Shown piece after piece: positions 52,220-62,290 of a stretch of DNA of 64,000 nucleotides. The stretch's first letter is position 1. Every line of letters starts with the position of its first letter. The translations under genes were made by a program, and so were the position numbers. The notes beneath the pieces were generated by a model. It did not search any database. It was not told where the DNA came from and saw only the letters and a list, made by a program, of their open reading frames with translations. Origin of the DNA: Vulcanimicrobiota bacterium (lineage in GTDB: Bacteria > Vulcanimicrobiota > Vulcanimicrobiia > Vulcanimicrobiales > Vulcanimicrobiaceae); assembly GCA_963812155.1 (NCBI GenBank), contig CAWETW010000002.1:432681-496680 (forward strand), written 5' to 3'.

Positions 52220-52989
52220 GTGCGCGCTCCGGCCGGCTCGAGCACCTCGCGCGCCAGTGCCACGTACGCCTGTGCGCCGCGGCTCTTTGGATCGAAAAGA
52301 ATGACTGGTTTGCCGAAGGACGGCGCCTCCGAGATGCGTACGTTGCGCGGAATCTGCGTCTTGAAAATCTGATCCGGAAAAAACTTGACGAGTTCTTCGA
52401 AGACTTCGGCCGCCAGTCGCGTGCGTCCGTCGAACATCGTGACGAGCACGCCGCTCACGCGCAGCGACGGATTGAGCGCTTCGCGTACGCGCGCAACGAC
52501 GCCGGTCAACTGCGATAAGCCTTCGAGCGCATAGTATTCCGCCTGCACGGGAATCAGGCACTCGTGTGCGGCCGTCAGCGCGTTGATCGTGAGCAGTCCG
52601 AGCGACGGCGGACAATCGATCAGCACGAAATCGTAGCGATCGGCGATCGGGGAAACGGCTTGCCGCAGGCGGGTTTCGCGCGACATGGCCGAGACGAGTT
52701 CGATTTCCGCACCGGCAAGATTGATCGTCGCGGGCACGAGAAAAAGCCCCTCGATCTCGGTTGCAACCGCGACGTCGTCGATCGACGCTTCCTGGAGCAG
52801 CACGTCGTAGACGTCGCGCTCGAGCTGCGTTTTTGAGATCCCGAGACCGGTCGTGGCGTTGCCCTGCGGATCCGCGTCGATGACGAGCACGCGTTTGCCT
52901 TGCACGGCAAGTGCGGCACCGAGATTCACGGCGGTCGTGCTTTTACCGACGCCGCCCTTTTGATTCACGAGTGCGATGATGCGCGACAG
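52216..52989 (-). CDS. parA: Chromosome partitioning ATPase ParA/Soj (probable CTG start)
   Basis: NQKGGVGKSTT, DPQGNAT, DCPPSLG, EAPSFG. Confidence 0.95.
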   Translation of the reverse strand: MSRIIALVNQKGGVGKSTTAVNLGAALAVQGKRVLVIDADPQGNATTGLGISKTQLERDVYDVLLQEASIDDVAVATEIEGLFLVPATINLAGAEIELVSAMSRETRLRQAVSPIADRYDFVLIDCPPSLGLLTINALTAAHECLIPVQAEYYALEGLSQLTGVVARVREALNPSLRVSGVLVTMFDGRTRLAAEVFEELVKFFPDQIFKTQIPRNVRISEAPSFGKPVILFDPKSRGAQAYVALAREVLEPAGART

Positions 52990-52993
52990 TCTC

Positions 52994-54388
52994 TTATCTC
53001 CTCGTCACGGCACCGCGTTCCGATTCGCGCCAGTACCTTTCCAGGAGACGCAGCAGCGCGGTGCGCTCGTTACGCTCGGGCGAGTCGGTAACCTGCTCGA
53101 ACAACCATTGCAGCGCCGCGCCGACGCGGCGGTCGCCGCGAAAACCCGCCGGCGCTTCGCCACGGGCCACCAGCGCGGCGATGACCTCGTCGCCGCCGAC
53201 GGCGAGATCGGTGATGGAAAAGGCGGGCTTTCGCGCGATCTCCTCGAGGACGCGCCCGGCAAAGCGCTCGTTATGATCGCCGCGCTCGGGAAGCCCCGAG
53301 CCGCGCACGTCGGCGCGCCGTAATGCGAACAAGTGTTCGATATTCTCCACGCCGATGCGGCGGATGAAGCGTCGAACCGCGGCGTCGCTCATCGACTCGT
53401 CGGTCGAAAACATGTGCTGCCGCACGAGGCGTTCGACTCGCTGGACCGTGTCGTTGGAAAACCGGAAGCGTTCGAGCATCGAGCGAGCCATGTCGCCGCC
53501 GACGATCTCGTGGCGATAAAAATGCGGTCCGTCCTTCGTTCGCGGCTTCCCGACGTCGTGCAGTAAGGCGGCCAAGCGCAATAGAGGATCGCCGGGCGGC
53601 GTTGCGTCGACCGTTGCCATCGCGTGGTGCCAGACGTCGTACGCGTGCCACTCGTTCTGCTCGACGCCGACACCTTCCACGAGTTCGGGCCAGAGGTGCG
53701 CGAGAACGCCGGTCGCGCGCAGCAGTTCGAGGCCGACGGACGGGCGCTCGGCCAAGGTGAACAGCTTGACGAACTCGTCGTGGACCCGTTCGGCCGACAC
53801 GGTCCTGACGAGCGGCGCGGCGGCTGCCATTGCCGCACGGGTTTCGGGCGTCGCTTCGTAGTCGAAGCGCCCGGCGAACTGCGCGGCGCGCACCATGCGC
53901 AGCGGATCCTCTTCGAACGTGTTTGGGGCGAGGATGTCGATTCTACGCGCGCGGATGTCGGCCGCGCCCCCGAAGGGGTCGATAAGCTGGCCGGAGGGCA
54001 GGGCGCAGGCGATCATATTCATGCGAAAATCCCGGCGCGCAAGGTCGTCCTCGAGTGGGACGTCCGGACCCCCCTGGACCTCGAAGTCGCGGTGCCCCGG
54101 GCCGACCGAACGCTCGCGTCGCGGAAGGGCGACGTCGACCGTTTCGCCTCCGGCCGTCAGTTTGAGAATGGAAAACGATGCTCCAACCCGGTCGACGCGG
54201 CCAAGCCGCTCGAGCTTCTCGACGAGGTCGTCGAGCGCGACCCCGGTGACGACGTAATCTGAGTCCGCCACGATGCCTGCCCCGGTTTCGGCTGCCCGAA
54301 TCTCGTCGCGAACTCTGCCGCCGACGGCGTACAGGCAGCCTTGCGGCAGGGCGCCGATCAGGCGTTCGTCCAGGGGGCGTAGTTTCAC
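52994..54388 (-). CDS. cca: tRNA nucleotidyltransferase (CCA-adding-like) with HD domain
   Basis: GGRVRD..DSD, EDDLARRDF, EDPLRMVRA, LLHDVGKP. Confidence 0.85.
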   Translation of the reverse strand: MKLRPLDERLIGALPQGCLYAVGGRVRDEIRAAETGAGIVADSDYVVTGVALDDLVEKLERLGRVDRVGASFSILKLTAGGETVDVALPRRERSVGPGHRDFEVQGGPDVPLEDDLARRDFRMNMIACALPSGQLIDPFGGAADIRARRIDILAPNTFEEDPLRMVRAAQFAGRFDYEATPETRAAMAAAAPLVRTVSAERVHDEFVKLFTLAERPSVGLELLRATGVLAHLWPELVEGVGVEQNEWHAYDVWHHAMATVDATPPGDPLLRLAALLHDVGKPRTKDGPHFYRHEIVGGDMARSMLERFRFSNDTVQRVERLVRQHMFSTDESMSDAAVRRFIRRIGVENIEHLFALRRADVRGSGLPERGDHNERFAGRVLEEIARKPAFSITDLAVGGDEVIAALVARGEAPAGFRGDRRVGAALQWLFEQVTDSPERNERTALLRLLERYWRESERGAVTRR

Positions 54389-54412
54389 GGAAAACTACCC
54401 GGTGAAACAACT
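54382..54412. repeat. Left copy of 31-bp inverted repeat with parS-like half-sites
   Basis: GTTTCACGGAAAACTACCCGGTGAAACAACT; 27/31 match to reverse complement of 54761-54791. Confidence 0.85.
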
Positions 54413-54750
54413 CGCTCGCCCGCACCGTACCGCTCGAGCATTTCCGCGAAGCGGCCGTGGGAATGGTCGTCGATCTCTTCCCACGGAAGCCGCGCGAGCA
54501 TCGGGCCCAAGATCGAGCGCAGCGCTTCGCCGCGGATCATCAGCTGGAAGTAGTGCCGGCCGCCGTGGTGGTACGGTCCGTAGAGGCGCGACCAGCGGAT
54601 CCTGTCATTCAGCCACAACAGCAGGCGCTCGTGGCGCACGTGCATCCGCAGGGTCACTTGCGGTTGCTTTCCATCGCCGCCGAAGTGCCCTTCGCCGATC
54701 AGCAGACCCAAAATGACGCCCTTTTCAAAATCCGACAGCGACGATTCCAC
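54385..54750 (-). CDS. Small single-motif LAGLIDADG-like protein (121 aa)
   Basis: GGGAGG RBS before GTG; FEKGVILGLLIGEGHF helix followed by strand-helix-strand-strand-helix pattern. Confidence 0.7.
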   Translation of the reverse strand: MESSLSDFEKGVILGLLIGEGHFGGDGKQPQVTLRMHVRHERLLLWLNDRIRWSRLYGPYHHGGRHYFQLMIRGEALRSILGPMLARLPWEEIDDHSHGRFAEMLERYGAGERVVSPGSFP

Positions 54751-54760
54751 GCGGCCTCCC

Positions 54761-54791
54761 AGTTGTTTCACCGGGAGGTTCGCCGTGAAAC
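54761..54791. repeat. Right copy of 31-bp inverted repeat with parS-like half-sites
   Basis: AGTTGTTTCACCGGGAGGTTCGCCGTGAAAC. Confidence 0.85.
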
Positions 54792-54870
54792 CATGGCTCC
54801 CCCCAAGACCCGGCACGCCGCCGGCACGACGGCCGGCTACCCTGTCGTCATAGGATTGGAGGTTCCGCTC

Positions 54871-55866
54871 GTGACGTCACGCTTTGCCGCAATGGCCGCC
54901 GCCCTTTCGTTGATGCTTTCAGCCTGTTCCCAAGCGCCGTCTTCGCTCGATCCGTCCACCTCGGCCGGCCCCGTTCTCCGGCGGCCCGGCGGGCCGGCGA
55001 AAGTGCCGCGCCGCGCCTCGTGGATGCGGCGCGACCTCAAGAACCCGCCGCTGCTCTACGTGACGAACGCCAATAGCGTCACGATGTACTCTGGTCTGGG
55101 CGGATCTGCGCTGACGCTCGTCGGCGAGATCTTCGGTTTCCAGGGCCCGGTCGGCGAATGCACCGACGCGCAGGGCGACGTCTTCGTCGCCGACGGTCCG
55201 GCACGCGTCATCGATGAGTACGCGTACGCAAGCATCGTGCCGAAAAACGTCATCACCGACAGACTCGGCGAGCCGTATGCCTGCGCGGTCGACGCCGCAT
55301 CCGGCCGCCTCGCCGTCACGAACCTCACAGATGCGGGAGGCGGCGAGCCCGGCAACGTCCTCGTTTACGCCTCGCCCACCGGTGCCCCGGTCGAATACTC
55401 CGACCCGCAGATAAACGAGCCGCTGTTCTGCACGTTCGATCGAAAGGGCAACCTCGACGTCGACGCCTACGACAGCTCCTTTCACCCGGTCATCGCGCAA
55501 CTGCGGAATGCCGGTACGGAGCTCAAGACCCTCACGTTGAGCGGTTTGGACCCGAAAAAACTTTACGAACCGAGCGGCCTGGAACCCGCCGGCCCGGTCA
55601 TGATGTGGGGCGATACCGGCGACGTCAACCTCGACCAGTTGAAGATTACCGGCTCGACGGCGACGCTGGTTGCAACGCTGCCGCTGAGCAACCTCTACTC
55701 GATCGGCCAGTTCGTTACGTACGGTTCCGGAACGTCGGAAGTCGTCATCATTCCCGACTACAGCGGCAGCCGGTTGCAGACGTTCTCCTACCCGCAAGGG
55801 ACGCTGCTCTTCACGACGACCGACGGCATCTCGCTGCCGGTCGCCGCGGTAATCAGCCGGCCTTAA
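54871..55866 (+). CDS. Secreted beta-propeller-like lipoprotein
   Basis: GGAGG RBS, LSAC lipobox, repeated P.GECTD..GDVFVAD / P.ACAVD..SG.LAV blades. Confidence 0.75.
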   Translation: MTSRFAAMAAALSLMLSACSQAPSSLDPSTSAGPVLRRPGGPAKVPRRASWMRRDLKNPPLLYVTNANSVTMYSGLGGSALTLVGEIFGFQGPVGECTDAQGDVFVADGPARVIDEYAYASIVPKNVITDRLGEPYACAVDAASGRLAVTNLTDAGGGEPGNVLVYASPTGAPVEYSDPQINEPLFCTFDRKGNLDVDAYDSSFHPVIAQLRNAGTELKTLTLSGLDPKKLYEPSGLEPAGPVMMWGDTGDVNLDQLKITGSTATLVATLPLSNLYSIGQFVTYGSGTSEVVIIPDYSGSRLQTFSYPQGTLLFTTTDGISLPVAAVISRP

Positions 55867-56145
55867 AGAGCGTTACGAAGACTGGTCGCAGCACTGCGCC
55901 TTGAGCGTCTCTTTGGCCGAGGCATCGTAGTAGGCCGCCTGGACGAGCTTGAGATGAGCGGCGTGCCAGTTTGTTGACACTTTAACTGGGATGCGCGTAC
56001 CGTAAAGGCGGCCGCGGTCGGTAACGCCGGCAGCAAGGAACTCGGCCGTTTATCGTCGGGGTTTTCATCATGACCGCTCGCGTCGAATCGCCGTTCACGA
56101 CGAACGGCGTAAGGACCGGTCTGCCGAAGAGAAAGAATCGCACGT

Positions 56146-56580
56146 ATGACGCCGTTGGATCTGCGTATCCATCCGCCGCGCGGGCCGCGCGAAACGCTGT
56201 TGGGATTCTACTTTCTTGCGCGTACGGTCGATAAATTGCGTGCGGAGATTCCGGGAGGCAATCCCGGGCCGTTCCTCAATCACGATACCGGCTTCAGCGC
56301 TTACGTCGTGCGGCGCTTGGGGCTGGACATGAACGAACTGCGCGGCGCGGTTGCACGGGCCGCCGACGAAGATGCGTTGATCGAATGGCTGCGCGCGCGC
56401 ATCGCCGTCGAGAGCGCACCGGCCCTCAACGCCAAGCTCGAAACGTTCGTCGTCGAGCGCATGAAACCGGAAGATCAACGGCTCGTTCGCAGCCGCCACC
56501 CCGTTATGGCGAATCGGCCGGAATTATCGAAAATTCTCGATATTCTCGAGGCCGACGACACGACACTATCGGCTCGCTAA
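56146..56580 (+). CDS. DUF5069-like protein
   Basis: DLRIHPPRGPRE..LARTVDKLRA..G motif. Confidence 0.75.
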   Translation: MTPLDLRIHPPRGPRETLLGFYFLARTVDKLRAEIPGGNPGPFLNHDTGFSAYVVRRLGLDMNELRGAVARAADEDALIEWLRARIAVESAPALNAKLETFVVERMKPEDQRLVRSRHPVMANRPELSKILDILEADDTTLSAR

Positions 56581-56715
56581 GGCGCCCAGCGCCACGCCGA
56601 ACGCTACGCCGATTGCCAGTCCCATCGCGATCTGATGCATCGACGCACCGATGGCCACGCCGATCGCCGCTCCCAAGGCGATCCCCAATCCGAGACGATT
56701 GCTCCGCGATCTCAC
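56566..56715 (-). CDS. 49-aa glycine-zipper membrane peptide (not in ORF track)
   Basis: MRSRSNRLGLGIALGAAIGVAIGASMHQIAMGLAIGVAFGVALGALASR, GxxxG repeats. Confidence 0.6.
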   Translation of the reverse strand: MRSRSNRLGLGIALGAAIGVAIGASMHQIAMGLAIGVAFGVALGALASR

Positions 56716-56743
56716 CGTGTCAACGTTAGACCGCTGCGCCCGT

Positions 56744-57418
56744 TTACATGCAGAGCGGACGCTTTTGCGGAATGCCGCTGCGGCGTGGAAAGCGCGCCGG
56801 CGTCGGCGTTTTTTTGCGCAAAAGAACGATGCAGCGGCGATCGCCTACAGGATGCTCGCTCTCAAATTCCGCGCCCAGCACGAGTGCGGCATCGGCGAGC
56901 GTCGCGCGTTCGGCATCGTCGAGGGAGCCGCGTTGCAGTATCGCGACGCCGTTGGATGCGATGAACGGCAGCAGCAGTTCGGCGACCGCCGAAGCCGACG
57001 CAACCGCGCGAATCGTGCCGCAGGCGAACGCGTCGCGCAGCCGGCTATCGTGCGCCGCCGCTTCCGCGCGCGCCGTCACGACTTCTCCGCGCAGCCCGAG
57101 CGCCGAGAGGGCCGATTCCAGAAAGCGTGCCTTCTTGGCGCTCGACTCCACCAATGTCACGGGTACGCCGGTGGCGATAGCGAGCGGAATCGCCGGCAAA
57201 CCAGCGCCGGAGCCTACGTCGACGAGCGTCCGGGCCGCGTAGGGGACCGCGCTGAGACTGTCGAGCAGATGCGGGACGAATGCGTCGGGCGTCTTTGCAC
57301 CGGTGAGGTTGAACGATCGATTTGCCTCGAGCACGAGTTGCGCGTACGTCGCGAGCGGCGCGACGATGCTTGGCTCGACGCCGGCGGCGGCGAGCAGTTC
57401 GGCGACGGCGTCGTTCAA
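56744..57418 (-). CDS. rsmG: 16S rRNA m7G527 methyltransferase
   Basis: [26 protein letters not shown] start overlaps mnmG stop. Confidence 0.93.
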   Translation of the reverse strand: MNDAVAELLAAAGVEPSIVAPLATYAQLVLEANRSFNLTGAKTPDAFVPHLLDSLSAVPYAARTLVDVGSGAGLPAIPLAIATGVPVTLVESSAKKARFLESALSALGLRGEVVTARAEAAAHDSRLRDAFACGTIRAVASASAVAELLLPFIASNGVAILQRGSLDDAERATLADAALVLGAEFESEHPVGDRRCIVLLRKKTPTPARFPRRSGIPQKRPLCM

Positions 57419-59268
57419 CGGGCGGCGGTTTGGCGCGCGCGGTGTACGAACAATCCGACGATTGCGACGTCGGAAGGCGTGACGCCCGGAATGCGGCCGG
57501 CCGATCCGAGCGTTCGCGGCCGCTGGCGCGTCAGTTTTTCGCGTGCTTCGCGTGAAAGCGCGGCAATCGCCGCATAGTCGAACGCGTCCGGAATCGCAAC
57601 GTCGTCGCGCTTGGCGGCGTTTTCTATTGCAGTCATCTCGCGTCGAACGTACCCTTCGCACTTAATTTCGATCGCAACGCGTTCGCCGGTGTCGCCGTAG
57701 AGCGGCGGATCGAACGCGCCGTGTACATCTTCGAAACTCAAGGCCGGGCGGCGCAGCGCGTCGGCAATCGTGGCGCCGGCATCGAACGCATCGTCCCCGA
57801 TGCGCCGCCGAACGAGGCGCGTCGTGCGCGCGCGCGTCATTCCTTCGCGTAACCGGCTTTGCCGCTCTTCGAAGGCGTCCCAGGCTTCGTCGTCGACGAG
57901 CCCTGCCGCGCGACCGATCGGCGTCAGACGCGTGTCGGCGTTGTCGTGGCGCAGTATAACTCGATGCTCGGCGCGCGACGTCAGCATCCGGTACGGCTCG
58001 TCGACGCCTTTGGTGACGAGATCGTCGACGAGCACGCCGGCGTACGCGTCGCTGCGCGCGAGCCGCACCGGCGACGTTCCACACGAGGCGCGCGCCGCGT
58101 TGATGCCGGCGATGAGCCCCTGCGCCGCGGCCTCTTCATAGCCCGACGTTCCGTTCAGTTGACCGCAATGGTAGAGACCGGCGATGCGATGCGTTTCGAG
58201 CGTGTCGCGCAGTTCCGTCGGAGGAACCATGTCGTACTCGACGGCGTAGCCGGCGCGCAGCATCGTGCACGATTCGAGCCCCGGCAGCGTACGCAACATG
58301 GCAAGCTGCACGTCGGCGGGAAGCGACGTCGAAAAACCGCCGACGTACAGGGTGGGCTCGTCCCATCCTTCGGGCTCGACGAAGACTTGGTGGGTGGGAT
58401 TGTGCGCGAACTTTACGACCTTGTCTTCGATCGACGGGCAATACCGCGGTCCGATGCCGGCAATGAGATCGAGTCCGTAGAGCGGCGAGCGGTGAAGGTT
58501 CGAACGGACGAGCGCGTGGGTGCGTTCGTTGGTCTGCGTGACGTAACAGTTCAGTTGCGGGCCGGCGAATCGGGGCTCGCTGCGATACGAGAAGAGCAGC
58601 GGACGCGCGCTCGGCGGTTGCTCGAGCATCGCCGCTGGATCGACGGTCGTCTTGTCGATGCGCGGAGGGGTTCCGGTCTTCAGCCGCCTGGTCGGAAAGC
58701 CGGCCCGCCGCAACGCTACGGCTAGCCCGTTCGCGGGCGCTTCGCCGAAGCGACCCTCGGCCCGGACGTCGCTGCCGCGAAACGATTTACCGCCCAGAAA
58801 CGTGCCGGTCGCGAGCACCACCCGGCGCGCGCAGAAGCGCTCGCCGCCGGCGCCCGCGACGCCGCGCACCGCGCCGGCTTCGATGATGAGATCCTCCACC
58901 AATGCGCGCACGATGGTGAGATTGCGCTGCGCGCGGAGTTCTCTGAGTGCCTCGCGCGCATAGGCCGGCTTGTCCATTTGCTGGCGCAGCGCCCGCACCG
59001 CGGGCCCTTTGCTCTCGTTGAGAAAGCGCGCGTGCAGGCTGCAACGGTCGGCTAAACGGCCCATCGCGCCGCCGAGTGCGTCGATTTCACGCACCAACTG
59101 CCCCTTCGCGCTGCCGCCGATCGACGGATTGCACGGAAGCGTGCAAATCTTGTCGGGATCGCCGGTCACGAGAAGCGTCGGTGCACCGATTCGCGCGGCG
59201 GCCAGCGCTGCCTCGACGCCGGCATGTCCGCCGCCGACCACGATGACGGCAGCGTCGTCGCCCGTCAC
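57415..59268 (-). CDS. mnmG: tRNA modification enzyme MnmG/GidA
   Basis: [48 protein letters not shown]. Confidence 0.97.
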   Translation of the reverse strand: MTGDDAAVIVVGGGHAGVEAALAAARIGAPTLLVTGDPDKICTLPCNPSIGGSAKGQLVREIDALGGAMGRLADRCSLHARFLNESKGPAVRALRQQMDKPAYAREALRELRAQRNLTIVRALVEDLIIEAGAVRGVAGAGGERFCARRVVLATGTFLGGKSFRGSDVRAEGRFGEAPANGLAVALRRAGFPTRRLKTGTPPRIDKTTVDPAAMLEQPPSARPLLFSYRSEPRFAGPQLNCYVTQTNERTHALVRSNLHRSPLYGLDLIAGIGPRYCPSIEDKVVKFAHNPTHQVFVEPEGWDEPTLYVGGFSTSLPADVQLAMLRTLPGLESCTMLRAGYAVEYDMVPPTELRDTLETHRIAGLYHCGQLNGTSGYEEAAAQGLIAGINAARASCGTSPVRLARSDAYAGVLVDDLVTKGVDEPYRMLTSRAEHRVILRHDNADTRLTPIGRAAGLVDDEAWDAFEERQSRLREGMTRARTTRLVRRRIGDDAFDAGATIADALRRPALSFEDVHGAFDPPLYGDTGERVAIEIKCEGYVRREMTAIENAAKRDDVAIPDAFDYAAIAALSREAREKLTRQRPRTLGSAGRIPGVTPSDVAIVGLFVHRARQTAAR

Positions 59269-59275
59269 GGTTCTT

Positions 59276-59836
59276 TTACGCTGTTGAGGGAGTCGGTGTC
59301 TGCGTCAGATGCGCCCGCAGCCGCAGGGACAGCGCGATCATCATGATCCCGAAGACGATGGCGTAGGCGGCGATGATCCAGATGATCGCCAGCGCTGCGA
59401 CACCCGGATGCCAGATCATCAGAATGCTGAAGAGTATCGAACAGATGCCTGCGAGGATGAGCAGCCATTCGTTCGCAATCGCTTTTCGCAGTTGGATCGC
59501 GGCGACGATCTCGAGAATGCCGGTGATAAACGCCCATGCGGCGATCGTGACGTAGAGCGCAAAAAGCGTGATGCCGACGTCGTAGAAGGTGATCGCGGCG
59601 ATGACGAATCCGACGATGCCCTCCAATACGAAGGGCCACCACCGCTCGTGCGATTGCGCGGCGCGGACTGCCGCCACAATAGCGAAGACGCCGTCGACGA
59701 AAGCGTACGCGCCGAAAAGAATGCCGATGACGACGAGCGTGATGCCGGGCCACAGGAAGGCCAGAATTCCGAAAATCACGGCGGCAATGCCGCGGATCAG
59801 CAACGCCCACCAGTTGCGAGCGAGAACGTGAACCAT
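59276..59836 (-). CDS. HdeD/DUF308 family membrane protein
   Basis: [10 protein letters not shown], two repeated TM units; AAGGAG RBS. Confidence 0.88.
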   Translation of the reverse strand: MVHVLARNWWALLIRGIAAVIFGILAFLWPGITLVVIGILFGAYAFVDGVFAIVAAVRAAQSHERWWPFVLEGIVGFVIAAITFYDVGITLFALYVTIAAWAFITGILEIVAAIQLRKAIANEWLLILAGICSILFSILMIWHPGVAALAIIWIIAAYAIVFGIMMIALSLRLRAHLTQTPTPSTA

Positions 59837-59855
59837 GTCGCTACTCCTTTCGGCA

Positions 59856-61205
59856 CTACTTTCCGATGCAGAAACGGGAGAATATCCCGCCGAGCACCTC
59901 TTCGGCGGCATCTCGTTCGCTTACTTTTCCCAACGCCGCGTACGCGCGATGCAGTTCGCTCGCGACGAAATCGACCGGCTCCCCCGATTGCAGCGTCGAA
60001 ATTGCCGTCGCCAGCGCGTCGAGCGCCTCTTCCACGGCTGCGAATTCGCGGACGGCCGCCAGATGCGGGCGTTCCAGATCGGGAAGTTCGCCGCCCCAGC
60101 CGGCACGGGCGACCGCGTCACGGAGCCGTTCGAGGGATGCCGTATCGCGCACGCTGCCGGCAATCGCGCCGAGCGTCCCGGCCGTTTGCGCGATGGCGAG
60201 CCCCAGATCCGCCTTGTTGAAGAAGACCACGCGCGGGCGGTCGCGCGTCTCGTCGAGCAGCGAGCGCGCTTCCGCACCCAGCGGCAGCGATCCGTCGATG
60301 ACGACGATTGCGAGCCTCGCCGCGGCCAGCGCCCGGCGCGAGCGCTCGATTCCGGCGCGCTCCAGACGATCGGCATGGGCGCGAATTCCCGCCGTATCGA
60401 CGAGCCGGACCGGCACGCCGTTGATGGCGACGGTCTCTTCGATCGTGTCGCGCGTCGTGCCCGGGGTTTCGGAAACGATCGCACGGTCGTCGCCGAGCAA
60501 CGCGTTGAGGAGCGACGACTTTCCTGCGTTCGGCGGTCCCACGATTGCGGCCGTCAAGCCTTCCCGCACGAGCCGGCCGCGCTCGCCGTCGGCGCGCAGG
60601 CGCTCGAGGGCGGCGGCTATGCTCGCGACTTCCGATTCGAGGCGAGCGCGCCCGGGATCGGCAACCTCGTCGGGAAAATCGATTGCGGCGGCGAGTTCCT
60701 CGAGCAGCGTGCCGGCGCGCTGCCGCAACGCACCCACTTCGGCCGCCAATCCCCCGCCGAGGTTCGCCACCGCCGCACGAGCTGCGGCCCGAGTCTCGGC
60801 ATTGATGACCGCAGCGACCGCTTCGGCCGCGTGCAGATCCATCTTTCCGTTCAGAAACGCACGGCGCGTAAACTCTCCGGGTGCGGCCTGGCGTACGCCG
60901 CAAGCGATCAGGGCGCGAAGAATTTCACGAGCGACGATCGGCGAGCCGTGCACGTGCATCTCCAGCAGATCTTCGCCGGTGTAACTCTCCGGCGCGCGAA
61001 AGAAGAGCGCGAGTCCACGATCGAGCATCCGGCCCTTCTCGTCGAGAAACTCGCCGAGTGCCGAGACGCGCGCGCGAATCGGCCGTCGCGTGCGCACCAG
61101 CCGTCGCACCACATTCGCGACGCCCGGTCCGCTTATGCGGACGATCGCGATCGCTCCCTTTCCGGGCGGAGTCGCAATCGCCGCAATCGTGTCGTCAGCG
61201 AACAC
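59856..61205 (-). CDS. mnmE: tRNA modification GTPase MnmE/TrmE
   Basis: DTIAAIATPPG, GPPNAGKSSL, PGTTRD, DTAG, FCIGK. Confidence 0.97.
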   Translation of the reverse strand: MFADDTIAAIATPPGKGAIAIVRISGPGVANVVRRLVRTRRPIRARVSALGEFLDEKGRMLDRGLALFFRAPESYTGEDLLEMHVHGSPIVAREILRALIACGVRQAAPGEFTRRAFLNGKMDLHAAEAVAAVINAETRAAARAAVANLGGGLAAEVGALRQRAGTLLEELAAAIDFPDEVADPGRARLESEVASIAAALERLRADGERGRLVREGLTAAIVGPPNAGKSSLLNALLGDDRAIVSETPGTTRDTIEETVAINGVPVRLVDTAGIRAHADRLERAGIERSRRALAAARLAIVVIDGSLPLGAEARSLLDETRDRPRVVFFNKADLGLAIAQTAGTLGAIAGSVRDTASLERLRDAVARAGWGGELPDLERPHLAAVREFAAVEEALDALATAISTLQSGEPVDFVASELHRAYAALGKVSERDAAEEVLGGIFSRFCIGK

Positions 61206-61625
61206 GCTGAATCGCTGCCAGCAACTCCTGCGGCTCGTCGGTGCCGAGAATGACGTCGGAGCCGTTGCGCTTGACGATGCGAACGCCTTTCCCGAGCGCG
61301 ACGTTCCAGATCCAACCGCGCAGCGTGAGATGGATGCCGATTCCCATCCAAAAGGTCACGGGAACGATCTCCGCGCCGGCGAGGTCGGCGATCGGAATGC
61401 ATCCCCCGGGCCAACCGAACGTCATCGTCCATCGAACTGCGAAGACTCGCCCGTGCTTTCGACGTCGATGCGCAAACGCGCGAACGCCCAGTACGCAAAG
61501 GCGAGAACCACGGTAAGCCACAGGAGGAACGGCGTCCGCGCAAGGATGCCGATGGCGAGCGGGACGACGAGCAGCAGTCCGAACGCCACGTACGGCCTCC
61601 CGACTTGCTCGTGACGGTACGTCAC
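61195..61625 (-). CDS. Hypothetical membrane protein (apparent frameshift near 61441)
   Basis: Two N-terminal TMs in one frame; GIGIHLTLRGWIWNV...LGTDEP in the adjacent frame. Confidence 0.55.
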
Positions 61626-61644
61626 GTACGCCGCACGCGATTCC

Positions 61645-62278
61645 CTATGCCGGGAAGACGACGACCCGGCGCTCGGGTTCCTCTCCCTCGGATTCGGTTC
61701 GCACGAACTCCGATTCGGCCAGTGCGAGGTGAACGATTTTTCGCTCCGAGGGAAGCATCGGCTCGAGCCGCTGCGGCGCGCGCTCGCGCACGCACCGGTC
61801 GAGCGTTGCCAGCGCCAGCGAGCGCAACTGCTCGGCGCGCCGCGCGCGGTACCCTTCGGCATCGATCGTGTAGTAGCGGCGGTTGTTGCGGACGCCCGCG
61901 TTGAGCATGTTGTTGAAAACCAGATTGAGCGCTTCGAGCGTATTGCCGTGGCGGCCGATCAGCATGCCCAAGTCGGGGCCGCTCACCTCCAGATACTCGC
62001 CCTCCGGACGAGGGATGTAGTGCACGTCGACGTGCTCGAGCCCCATCAACGTCGAGAATCTCACCGAGCAGTTTGCGCGCCGGTTTGGCGGCCTCGGGCA
62101 GTTCGCTTCCGGGCGCGCTCGGACCGGTCTGCCGGATCGGAGTGCGCCGAACCGGGCCGCGATCGCCGCGCCGTTCGCCGCCGCGCCCGCGGCCGCCGCT
62201 CGGCGAGGTTCCGGGAATCGCGCGGTCGCGAATGTTGGCCGGCTGTTCTTCGAACTCGAAATCGTCTTCGTAGAGCAT
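61645..62278 (-). CDS. jag: Jag/KhpB RNA-binding protein, KH plus R3H (apparent frameshift near 62053)
   Basis: LIGRHGNTLEAL, DAEGYR, LEPMLPSERKIVH, SEGEEPERRVVV. Confidence 0.88.
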
Positions 62279-62290
62279 AATGCGTGGACG

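Noticed and set aside
54382..54791. IS/MITE or archaeal-type bulge-helix-bulge intron interpretation of the repeat-flanked LAGLIDADG-like ORF
   Set aside because: No transposase motif or clear target-site duplication; the predicted duplex lacks 3-nt bulges; no interrupted host gene or group I core is recognisable.
55870..56075. Short minus-strand coding-like frame (...VSTNWHAAHLKLVQAAYYDA...)
   Set aside because: No convincing start or RBS, and no recognisable family.
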